Assembly: GCF_009914755.1 (NCBI RefSeq)
Contig: NC_060942.1
Strand: one strand, 5' to 3'
Source of the DNA: the human T2T-CHM13v2.0 reference genome, Homo sapiens
Length of the DNA: 64,000 nucleotides
Shown here: positions 14,130 to 29,806 of the stretch, piece after piece
Position numbering within the stretch: position 1 is the first letter of the stretch
Layout: the number at the start of each line of letters is the position of its first letter
Made by a program: the position numbers and the translations under genes
The notes under the pieces: model-generated
Databases searched by the model: none
What the model was told of the DNA's origin: nothing
The model's input: the letters and a program-made list of their open reading frames with translations, nothing else

Positions 14130-15579
14130 ATCTTGGGTGTGGAGACCATTTAATGATGCCACAAATATAAGACTTGGCCAAGTATCAATGGATCACCTCA
14201 GAGTTAGATTCCCACCTCTATTAATATTCAGATTTTTTAAATTGGGCTAAAATAATATAGATTATAGGTTGAACTCAGTCTGATTAGTCAATAAGATTGA
14301 TTGGAAGGGAACAGAGGAAACCAAAGCTATCTAAGCAAATAGTACAATAGTGGGTGGGCTTGATAAAAGACTAGTAGCTTAATTACAACTACTTAAAGTT
14401 GTTGATTTATATTATTCTGGAAATAATCCCCAATTGTTTTAAGATTTTTCATGTAAATATCAATATACTTTCTCAAATTAGGAACATCTCTTTAAGTATT
14501 TGCTCCCCGAATTTCACCAAATCTTCAAGTTCAAACAATATTTCATTCGTTTCTCAAGACCCACTCCCAAGCTTTTCTCTACTCTCACTTCTAATAAGAA
14601 ATCAGGTCAGTGAATTTTAAGGATGGAGGCTCCATAATTCCTTTCTGTCTCTCTTTTGGGTCTAAAGCAAGGAGAGTTTGCACTGTATCGAGTTGGATGC
14701 TTGAGAGATATTTATGATTTTTTTTAAAATGCCATTTCTAGCCAAATAATGTCATATTAAATAAATTATAATAATTGCCCTCAGATATGAAACACTAAAT
14801 GAAAATATGCTGATGATCTCTTTGTAAAGGCCTGCATGTCTCAAAACAAAAGTTTCACCAATGAATGAGAGAAAAGTTGGGCAGATTCTAAAGGAGGGTC
14901 TGGTGGTACACACTCAGCCCTAACACATTGTCTCATTGACCTTCACACAAACTGCTGAAGAGTAAGGCTTGGGTCGCCATTTATATTACATGTGAATATT
15001 TGTTACTCCCCTTTTTCCCTGTATTCAAACAATCATTGGTGATTGAATGACAAAGATTCAATTCACTGGTTTGTCAGTGATCAATCATATTCTTTCTTTA
15101 GAATTTTAACTAACACTAAGAATATAGAAAACAGTTATTCTTGGAAGGAGAGATCTAAAAGACTAGGAACTAGGTAGTCTTCATGATCAATAGCAAAGGA
15201 AAGGCAAACTCCCTCGCTTCACTTGCAGAGCTCTCCAAGATCTGTTCTCTGCCAGATTAGTCCTAGTAGTCCTGACTAGTACTGCTACCTTTGCTGTGTG
15301 CTCATCTAGCATATATCCCCTATAAATTTATGCATAGCCTCTCTAGCGAATTATTTACTGTTTTTATTCTTTTTTGTTCATGACTTAATTCCCATCTAGT
15401 GGTGGTCCACAAATATTTGGTGGTGAATGAATGAGTGAATGAATAACAGATGAATACTAGGCTGATGGACAGTTATAGAAAAAGAGAGAGGAGAGAATTT
15501 GCAGACTCACGAGCCCCAGCCTTGATCCTTGAGCTTCCTTCTTCCCTGGGCTCCCCCTTTTTTTTTTTTTTTTTATTTA

Positions 15580-15772
15580 ATGGCAAAAAGCAAGGCTCAT
15601 TAAAGGCAGATGTAGTTTGTTCTTTCCCATCTGTGTCCCTAAAACTTTAGATAGTACCTGATGCTTAGTGAATACTCACCAAATATTTATTCAATACCCT
15701 CAATGTGTCATACAATATGTGAAATATTGGAATGTAGGCACACAAAAACATGATTTCTGCCATATAGAGATG
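15580..15772 (-). repeat. Inverted repeat 1, right arm
   Basis: e.g. ccctaaaactttagatagtacctgatgcttagtgaa is the exact reverse complement of left-arm sequence. Confidence 0.95.
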
Positions 15773-17940
15773 AGGAAAGCACACAGTAAAACATAGTCTA
15801 TGGTTTCTAACAAGCCGAGTGCATTTCACCTGATTTAGCTATTGCCCTGAATCCTTCAAATCACAATACTGTACCACGAATTTGGGTTTGTTTCTATTCC
15901 TTAAACCAGGAGTCCACGGCCAAGATAGTAGGTTATCCAGGAAGCAGAGTTTATAGAGTAGCCAATTATTACAGATCTCTAATTTTCTCTCTACAATGAA
16001 ACAATAAGCAATTGGGAAGGACCAACGGTCAGCTGGCAGATACTCATCTTTTCTCTAAGGAAATCTGACATGTGTCAAAGATAATTGATTCCCACCCCCA
16101 CCCCACAAACAAGAATACTCTCTGGGTAGTTAATTTTAAACAAATCAACAACAACAACAGAAGAGGTGAACCACTGCAAGTTTTCTTATCATCCTCCAAT
16201 TATATGGTTGCAGAGTGGCCCTGAAACACTTTCTAAATGAGAAGTCACTAGAATGTAGACACAGTGAAAAACTGCATTATAAAAGTATATGCCATAAACA
16301 TTTAAGTATTCTTCCCCAGATGTGTATTTACCAAAAGTGGTCATTTATACAGATAAGTCTTGTCTCTCATTATGCAGTACATTTTGATGGCGTCAGAGCT
16401 CACAAATAGGAAGAACATTGCATGAGATTGGAACGACTGTAGATGTTCATAAGTATAGAAAAATGGGGTTGAACGTCATAATAATGAATAGAGGCAGGAA
16501 AGATAAAGAGAGCCCTTCCATACTCTGCTTCTGCATATAGACCTTTAAAATGTGATGTAATAGGCTGAAAATATCTCACAAAATTACTTCCTGAAGGTGA
16601 ATTAGAAATTCTTAAAGACTACTCTAATTCAATAGAATATAAGAAAAGCAGTAATCCATTCAGAAAACCAGGTTTAGTCCAATTTTTCAAGTTATTTTAA
16701 TTAGATGGATTATTTTTTACTTGGAAAGGACACATTTTCTGCTAACATATGTATACCCTTTTTAAAATTAATTTTTACTTAGAGATCTGGAAGAAAGAAG
16801 CTACAAAATGTCCACTCAAAGACTACTCTCACATTGAATCAAAAATAACAACAATAGTCACAAGCATAAACTATATTTTTTCAAAATATAAAATTAAACA
16901 CATATAAACATATCATTTATATATGTTTATTTTGCCCTATTCATCTGCATTTTGCTGCCTTAAATACTTAAGCATCTTAAAAGTTTCATTATGGAAGTGC
17001 CTTAATGCCAGATGCATCAAGCTCATTATTAATTATTTTCATGCTATATTGGCAACAAGTAAATGTATACGCTTAGTAAAATATTTACATTATCACTTTA
17101 TTGGGAACTAAAATGAGCTCACAATAAAACATAGTATTTTGAGTTTTGAAAGCTCTTAGAAAAACATCTATCGACACTAGAGGCATTAGATTAGGCCCTT
17201 CCTTTAGCACTATTCTACGCACTGTTAAGTTGAAGAGATATTAGAATTGCTACTCTACCACAGCATGTTAGGTTTAAGTATTACAGTGAAAGATTTCAGT
17301 CTTAACACATTTTACAAAATCCACGAATCTTGCTGAAACAGTAAGGTGGTACATTAGGGAACTATAAATGCATGATCTCATACCATGTGGAGTATTCAAA
17401 TGAGAAATACATATATTTCTATATTAAACTTATATAGGTCCATCCTTATTGAAGCTCAGCAGACATAAAAATATGTGTAGCCACATTCTCCCAGTGTGTA
17501 GGATATTCACTAAAGACCAATAAAGACTTTATAAATTGCATTATCTGTGTGGGACTATAAGGATGGCACTTAGTACACTATAGCCATCATACTCCAAGGG
17601 GTACCCTGGTACACTAAAACAGTTACTGCTACTTTCAAATGTGTGTTCTTGTTTTGTTTTTAACAAGGAAACATCTTAGAAACCAGCAGAGACGGACCCA
17701 CTCCTTATCTAAATAAATGTTATTTATCCAAACTCTTGTAGAATGGTATTAACCGTATTGATTTTCTTATCTCATATTATCTGATTTAATAAAAACTCAT
17801 TAAATTTCTTTAAATATGCTTAATTTTATAACCATTTTCAGCTGATCATGGAATTTTAGCAGTTCAAATATATAGTCTCTATTTTTCTTTGTCTCTGAAA
17901 TAATACTAAGGCCAAGGACACATTATTGAAAGTAGTATCG

Positions 17941-18260
17941 GGCTGGGCGTGGTGGCTTACGCCTGTAATCCCAGCACTTTGTGAGGCCGAGGCGGGCAGA
18001 TCACCAGGTCAGGAGATCAAGACCATCCTGGCTAACACGGGGAAACCTCGTCTCTACTAAAAATACAAATAAATTATCCGGATGTGGTGGCGGGTGCCTG
18101 TAGTCCCAGCTACTCAGGAGGCTGAGGCAGGAGAATGGGTGAACCCGGGAGGCGGAGCTTGCAATGAGCCAAGATGGCTCCACTGCACTCCAGCCTGGGA
18201 GACAGAGGGAGACTCCGTCTCAAAAACAAACAAACCAAACAAAAAACAAACAAACAAAAA
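17941..18260 (+). mobile_element. AluY with (AAAC)n tail
   Basis: gagatcaagaccatcctggctaacacgg, ggcggagcttgca; TSD aaagtagtat on both sides. Confidence 0.93.
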
Positions 18261-18358
18261 AGTAGTATTATTAAGTATTCTGTTCATAGTGCATGAGTGT
18301 TCAAATTACTTATTTCAGAAGTCATACTAAACAGAGAGTCATTACTGTAGAAAGGGCA

Positions 18359-18637
<279 letters not shown>

Positions 18638-19099
18638 AAAGGGCATTTTTTAAACGTACATGTAGTGAGAAATTTATTTGCCTACAATGATAATAGCTAA
18701 AGTAAAGTGGTAAACTCGGACTGGCCTATAATATGACTCTGGGTGAACCAAGGGAGGCTGAAAAACTAATTTAATCAACACAACTAAGCTACGTAAAGAA
18801 TAATTCTTAGAAACATTATTCTTGGCATTAATGTGATACTCATTTTTTTCCCTTGAGAATTCAGGAATTATTTTTCTTACTCAGATTCAACAACTGTATG
18901 AACACAATTTTAGACACAATTCAAAAGAGAACATATAGCAAAAAAAAAAAAAAAAAGTCTTTCTACTGCAGTGACTCAATATGTGTGTGTATACTCACCA
19001 TAGTTAGAGACTTGTTAGAAAGTTGTCAGGGAGGATAATGGGTCCACTGAAATTCACAGTGACTCTTGTCGCACCATGCTCAGGCTCAGGCACATTGTT

Positions 19100-19370
19100 T
19101 AAAATGATGAGAACACATGGACACCAAGAGGGGAACAACAGAAGCTGGGGCTTACCAGAGGATGAAGTGTGGGAAGAGGGAGAGGATCAGGAAAAATAAC
19201 TAATAAGTTACTAATTGCTTAATATTTGGGTGAAAAATAGTCTGTACAACAAACTCCCATGACACTAGTTTACCCATATATCAAACCTGAACTTGTTAAT
19301 GTTTACCTATATATCAAACCTGTACCCCCGAACTTAAAATACAAGTTAAAAAGTAAAAATAAAATGAAAT
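19100..19370 (+). mobile_element. L1PA (older) 3'UTR fragment
   Basis: atgatgagaacacatggacac...gagaggatcaggaaaaataac...gaacttaaaata. Confidence 0.8.
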
Positions 19371-19414
19371 TTGTTAGTTTCCTTTAAGACTGACAGTTAA
19401 CACTGTCTGTTTTT

Positions 19415-19560
19415 TTAATGTACATCATGTTTTGAAATATACGTATATTGTGAAATGGTTAAATAATTAGCAAATGCATTACCTTGCATAGTTATCATTG
19501 TGTGGTGTGAGCACTTCATATCTATACATTTTTCAAGTGCACAATATGTCATCATTTAGT
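19415..19560 (-). mobile_element. L1MA 3' fragment
   Basis: tgtacatcatgttttgaaatatacgtatattgtgaaatgg...tgtggtgtgagcactt. Confidence 0.6.
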
Positions 19561-20629
19561 TGAAGCAATTGTGATTCAAAAAAGAAATGTTTTGTGAAAC
19601 TCATAATGAGAGGATAATTTCTAGAGAGAATATTGAAACATGCACAGGTAAACTTTATAAAGCCCCTCAAAACTCAGGAAAACATTTTATTTCTTTGCCA
19701 TTGAGCATTTTGGAAACATTCACCACTCTAATATTAAATTGAATATATGAGATGAATTTATTTCAGTTCATTACTGTTTATTGCTGAAAGTCTAATAGAA
19801 GATATTGGCAAATTTGGTCCATAACATCTAAAAATGTATTTTAAATTATTTTAAAATTATATTTTGCAAAGTAGATTTTGTTTTCTACCAAGTAGCCTAG
19901 AACCTTTACGTGAAGCTTATTTTATAGCAGTTAGAGGCTTATTTCATTTCTTAATGACATACCCAAAATAATAGTTCACTTTTACTTAGTTCACTGAAGT
20001 ATAGATTTCTAAGCCAAATATAACATTCAGTAATATACTGTTTCAATAACTTTCATAATTCCAAGGAAATATAGAAAACTTTCACCAAGCTTAGCCTTAT
20101 GAAGTAGTAATGATAACATTTTAGAGCTGGAACATTCTAATAGTCTCAGTTTACATGTTTTATGCTGATTTTAAAAGATTCTCAAACTCCAAGTCTACAT
20201 TTGATGAGGTTCACACAGATTGTGGCAGATGTAGGAGTAGATGTCAGACCATGAACTCATTTAACTCATCAAATGTGACCATGCTTCCAGTCAAAGATGA
20301 TGGCAAAGTTAAGGAACAATTGCCACACTTCAGGTCAAAGATGATGGCAATTTGAAACAGGGTAGTAACCAGGGAGATGGTGAGAAGTAGATGTATTCTG
20401 CCTGAAATGGTGGAGCCAGTGTGAAACGGAAAGGTTGGAAGTACCATTTGGGTCACGTTAAGATGGGAATGCCTGTTGGATACATAGATGTCCCACAGGG
20501 TGTTGGATTTATACATTTGGAAGTTGTTAGCATAGGGATGGTATTTAAAACCGTGGCACTGAATGAGTCTCAACAAGAGGATGAGCATATGTAGAAAAAA
20601 GAACTCAAGGACAAGCTCTGGTGCATTTG

Positions 20630-21188
20630 TGTTCAGTATCTTTCCCTCCCAGAATCACATCCTCTCTGTTGACCTTTTAAATTCAGCCATTGCTGTAGCA
20701 GCCAGCTGCTATGCAGCTATAGCCTGACAGCTCCCTACCTCAGCTGAGCTGTGTTATCTCCTGGTTTTGCTCTGGGCTTTCTTTGTGGCCACTACTTGGG
20801 AGCCTGTGGTAGCCCACTCAGCCATTCCAGTGCATGTTTATACCAGGAAGATTTGAAGTACGGGTAACAGCAATGAGGCAACCCTTCATCCGTGAAATAC
20901 ATAAATATCCTCCTCATCTACATGTTGCCTGGGACACTACTAGGTTTATTTTCTAAACCTAAACCTTCTGGTTTCTCAAAAAGGCCCCAGAAAGATTGAG
21001 CCTCAGTTATTCACGACAGTTGTAATCAACTTAATAAATCATCTTTCATTCAGTTTTCCCTCCATCCCTGATTCATAGTTTTCATTTTGGCTCCCGACTC
21101 CTCTTTGGAATCACTTAATAAAAATAAGTACCTGCAGGCAAGTCCTTGTCTCTGGATTTTCCTTGCAGGGGAACCCAAGCTAAGGCAA
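20630..21188 (+). mobile_element. Old ERVL LTR (LTR16/LTR33-like)
   Basis: 3' end ccttgtctctggattttccttgcaggggaacccaagctaaggca. Confidence 0.5.
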
Positions 21189-21713
21189 CATCTAACATTG
21201 AGAGCACAAAACTGAGAATAAGCAACAAACATGGTAGGAGGAAAACCAATAGATTGTGGTGTCCAGAAAGCCAACTGAGAAAACTGTAAGGAGGGTGAAG
21301 GGTCACCACCTGTGTAAAATACTACTTCAGGTTTAAGTGAGGTGAGGAATGAGGCCTGACCATTGGATTGAGCAACACAGAGGACATTGGCAATGTTCAC
21401 ATGAGCACTTTATTCCAGTGAATGGCACATTTAGGGGAGAATAAGAGGAGAGGAACCATAGACAGTGCGTAGCTGGCACATTTAGTGGCTTCAAGAAGAA
21501 GGTTTGTTTGTTTAAGACGCGAGGAATAAGAGCAAGCTTGTGTGCTACCAGGAATGATCTAGTAGAAGTGAAGGGTGATAATGAAGGAGAGAGCAGAGAG
21601 AACAAGAAGGACATGATGGAGCTATCTAATTTCCAGGCAGTGGGGCTGGCTCTAAACAGGACCATCTGTGCTAAATTTTGAGTGAGGAGAGTTTGCGGGG
21701 CAGATGCTAGTCA

Positions 21714-23320
<1,607 letters not shown>

Positions 23321-24135
23321 TGGTGTGTGAATATGGAAGTTTTCTGATCAACTTTATTTTCTCAGTGAAATAGAAAAAATATCAGCTGAGAATGGGGATA
23401 GAGGAGGAGAGTTTGGAGATTGAAGTGGAAAGAAGATATAAAATAGACATTGAAGAGAGAGAGAGAGAGAATAGATTGTTCTAACTCTTAGGGAGTAATT
23501 TCCTTGTATTACATCATGCATCTCCCAGATAGAGAGATCTCTTATTTTCATGATGAATCAAGTTCTCTCCAACATTGATACCTCTATTCATTATTAATGC
23601 AACAATGAGTGCCATAAAGATACCTGTGAATTTAAATTGCATAATATATAAAATGTTTTGTAGATATTGACTGCTTTTATAAAATAAATAATTCTAGGTA
23701 CATCACAAGAAAATGTCTGATATTAATTTGCTTCAAAAGTTCTCTGCCAATTTCTCTCATATGCCTATCTGAATATGGTCTGTAGACTCAAGAAGACAGC
23801 CTGTGATGGGAATAATTAACATGCTGGGCACAAGCAAGTCATTTGATCGAGTAGAGTTAGCCTCTAATGCCCTCCACTGCTGACCCTCAGCTCCTCTTTT
23901 AGGAAGAGTAACCGCATCCCCACTGCGGGTTCCACCCCTTCATGTTTACATATTATTATAGATATTTGTTTCCAATTTCTTCATCCATATGTAGGTGCAA
24001 ATAACTAATAAAACCTCATGCTACCATTTTCAAGGTTATCTGCTTTGTAATTAAATGATGATGAAGTTTTGGACATCAGGAACCAAGTAGGAATTATTTG
24101 AGACATCCTGAAGCTCCTATCTAATATTACACTAT

Positions 24136-24137
<2 letters not shown>

Positions 24138-24170
<33 letters not shown>
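24138..24170 (+). repeat. A33 homopolymer
   Basis: direct reading; no SINE/LINE body recognised upstream. Confidence 0.95.
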
Positions 24171-24173
<3 letters not shown>

Positions 24174-24609
24174 CATTTGGCTTGTCATGACCAAATGGAA
24201 TGCCTTTTATCTCCCTGTACAAAACAGCCATCCTCTATATTTATATTCAGTTTCTATGATATATCGGCCTTTACTGAGATATAAAGCTGCTCATTGCAAT
24301 ATTTTCTCTAAGAAATACTCATGATGTTGTCAGAATCCAGATGTTGTCTATGGCAGTGATTCAGTTCTTGAGGTGTGTAATGCTACAGCAGATGAGGAAC
24401 TCTTGCTTTTGGAGAAACTACAATTTTCACAATGCAGTGAAATCAAACATTAGCTCAAGTGATTGCAGGTGAACGATTAAGACCCTGATGTGAAACAGGT
24501 GTCCTGTGTTTGCTTGACTCTTCTAAACAAGCAGGTTGGCATGGCAAACAGGAAAGAAGCCCATTTCTTTCTCCTGAATGTCTATGGAATTAAAGTATAT
24601 TCTTCAGTT

Positions 24610-26960
<2,351 letters not shown>

Positions 26961-26967
26961 AGGTCAT

Positions 26968-27519
26968 TACGGCAGTTTTAAAAGACATCTGTAAACTATT
27001 TGACACCCCTCCCAATAAGAGGTGGAATCTATGTCACCTATTCTTGATTCTTGGTCACCCAGAGTGACTCCACCTACAGTAGAACAAAGCAGAAGTGGCA
27101 TTGCATAACTTTCAAGTCACACAGCTTCCTCCTCCTCTTTGGAGACCAACTCTTGGAGTCCTGAGACACCATATAAGAAGTCCAACTACTCTGAAACTGC
27201 CGTGCTATGAAGAAATCAGGCTACATGGAAAGACCATGTGTAAAAGCTCTGAATGCTCTGAGAGTCTCAGCTGAGGTTCCAGCCAATAGCCAGCATCATC
27301 CACCAGACATGTGAGGAATCATTTGACATGACTTTGCCACCAACCACTTTACGACTCGTCGGTCTTTGAGTCTTTTCAGCTGAAGTCTCAAATGTCATGG
27401 AGCAGAAATAAGTTGTCCTTTCTGGGTCTTGGTGGAATTTCGGAGTCTGTGAAATTAGTGAAATTATTATGCCACTATACTTTCAGATGGGTTTTATTCG
27501 GCAATAGGTAACTGGAACA
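26968..27519 (+). mobile_element. MLT1 LTR (MLT1H-like)
   Basis: tttgacacccctcccaataagaggtggaatctatgtc...gcaataggtaactggaaca. Confidence 0.75.
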
Positions 27520-28029
27520 CTGTCTATGGCTCATTAGGATAAAAAAGAATGATTCAAGTTGATTACGTACATGAATAAAATTAAACAGGAAAATAAGCAA
27601 AATATAAATATCAAACAGTGGGGAAAGGAGAGGAGAAAATGCACTAGGTTAAGTGAGCTAAATCCTCATTTTATATGTCTAAAAATCATCAGATAAAGTT
27701 GATAAATAGTCTTCAAAATCATAAGTCAAAAATATGTGAGCTATATAAATGACCTACAGAAAAATATAAAATTAAAGCAATTTTGAAAAAAGCCTTTCTC
27801 TGAAGAGTGATACCTGAGTTTAGGAAATAAAGCTTAAGAAATTGTTCATAGTCACCTAAGATAATTTGCATTATTTTGCTTCCAAATATATGTATCATTT
27901 GAATATAAATTTATTTGAAAAGTCACAAATACTTATGATTTCTAATTTTATTTAGCAATGACATGTGCAAATGAAAAACAAATTTTAAAAAGTTAATGCA
28001 GCAAGATGTTATAAGTTTCCACATCAAAT

Positions 28030-29806
28030 TACCAAACCTGAAAAATACTAAGTTAGTTAATGTTTGAAGAGTTAATGCGGCCAATTTTCTCATGCTGTTG
28101 ATGCAAATGTGACTTGGCAAAAAGCAATCTGTCTTGAAAGAAATCTGTCAATATAGATCATGAACTGATACATGCAGGTAAATCTACATGCTCGACAGTG
28201 TTCATTTCAGCATTATTTGGGAAAAGATTTTAGTTTAGCTTAGACTTTATCAGTGCTGAACAGTCATGCTTGTCTGAGGAACTGGTGAGGTAGAATCAAT
28301 ACGATGCTTATTTGAATGTGGGTTGAGGAGCTCCCTGGGACAATATGAAAGCTCTTTCTGTGCCTTCTGTTTAGACAGATCTTAAGAAGCCTGGAAAATT
28401 GATGGTACAGGCCAGTTGATTTATCATACATGAAAGGCAAGAAGCCTAGAAATTTTTCCCATAATTACACATCTTAATCCTCTGCAGAAAAAAAAATAGA
28501 ATCTATTTTAAGGCAGTGTGTCAGCAATAACAGCACTGCTTGGTGACCCTTTAACAAAGAGTAAGTTAATGATAGAGAGAGAAATTTAACATCATTTTTT
28601 TTCTGAGACTACTCCTGAGTCAATGGAGAATTTCGTGCATCAGTGGTATCAAGTGCAAAAAGAAGGTTCCCAAGGGATGTTGGTCCTGGAAGAGCATAAC
28701 ATGCCAGGTAGCACCAGCAGGAATCATCTTATTCATAAGCATTTGTGAGTAATCCCCAGGGACAGTCAGTAATATATGGAGGTACAGTTAACTTCCTTGG
28801 TTGTTGTCCAACTCTGTTTGTGCAAAACCTTGAACAGATGTGGGCAACAACCAGAGAAGTTAAACGTATATAGCAAAAATATTGAAAACAATCCAAAAGT
28901 ATTCATCACTGGAGGAAAGATTAATTATGTTATAGTTTATTTTGAAAAAGTGATCATTGCCAAGAGCAAAACATGCTTATATAATACAGTAAAAAGAAAA
29001 GAAAAAAATCAATATATAGGCTACATATGTAATATATGGGCTTTATATATAACATGTAGCCTATATATATGTGTGCCATATATACATATGTGAGCATGTA
29101 TCTTATATATTTATATTTATGTATTATATATACCTATATATTATACGTAAAATATAACATATTTTATACATAAGATATACCTTTATATATTGTATATAAA
29201 TATATACGTTATATATATTCTATCTTTATATAAAACAAATATATTTTGATATATATCATATAGTTTCATATATTATATATAGAGATATAATATATAAAGA
29301 TATATATAATATGTATATATAATATATAAAGATATATGTATATATGATATATAAAGATATATGTATATATAATATATAAAGATATATTATATGTATATAC
29401 TATATATAATGATATAAATAATGCATAGATTTTATATGCACTATTATAAATACCTTTATATATTGTATAAAATATATGCACTATTATTTATATCTTTATA
29501 TATGTATATATTATATATATATTATATGTGTGTGTGTGTATATATATATATATAAAGTGCTGGAAGGGAAGTATTAAAATTAAGTGAAATTACAGTAAAA
29601 TCCAGAGTATGTTATGCTGCAGTCTAATTCTTGCTGATTACTACCGTTTCATCTCAGGTCAGCAGGTATACTTTACTCATAATAGAGACTAGAAGATATC
29701 AAGCTAGAAAAATAGTAAGTTAGTCAATATTGTGGAGGGTGCTATTAGGCCAATGTTCTCATATGCTGTTGATGCAAATGTGACTTGGTAAGGAGAAACC
29801 TGTCTC
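28030..29806 (+). repeat. Diverged direct repeat pair of about 105 bp (28030-28135 and 29697-29806)
   Basis: identical 25-mer tgctgttgatgcaaatgtgacttgg at 28093-28117 and 29764-29788 with alignable flanks. Confidence 0.85.
29020..29555. repeat. TA-rich low-complexity tract
   Basis: direct reading. Confidence 0.9.

Noticed and set aside
15388-15406. CTCF-like CCACTAGATGGGA on the minus strand inside the inverted repeat 1 spacer
   Set aside because: Mismatch at a key core position (GGG rather than GGC) and lies in L2-like sequence
24320-24452. Protein-looking frame QNPDVVYGSDSVLEVCNATADEELLLLEKLQF
   Set aside because: Only about 40 codons, ends in a stop, weak splice signals and no recognised homologue
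29020-29555. Periodic TA-rich arrays, also at 48290-48458 and 62240-62650, and the ORFs over them
   Set aside because: Ordinary low-complexity expansions with no repeat-spacer organisation; not CRISPR-like and not coding
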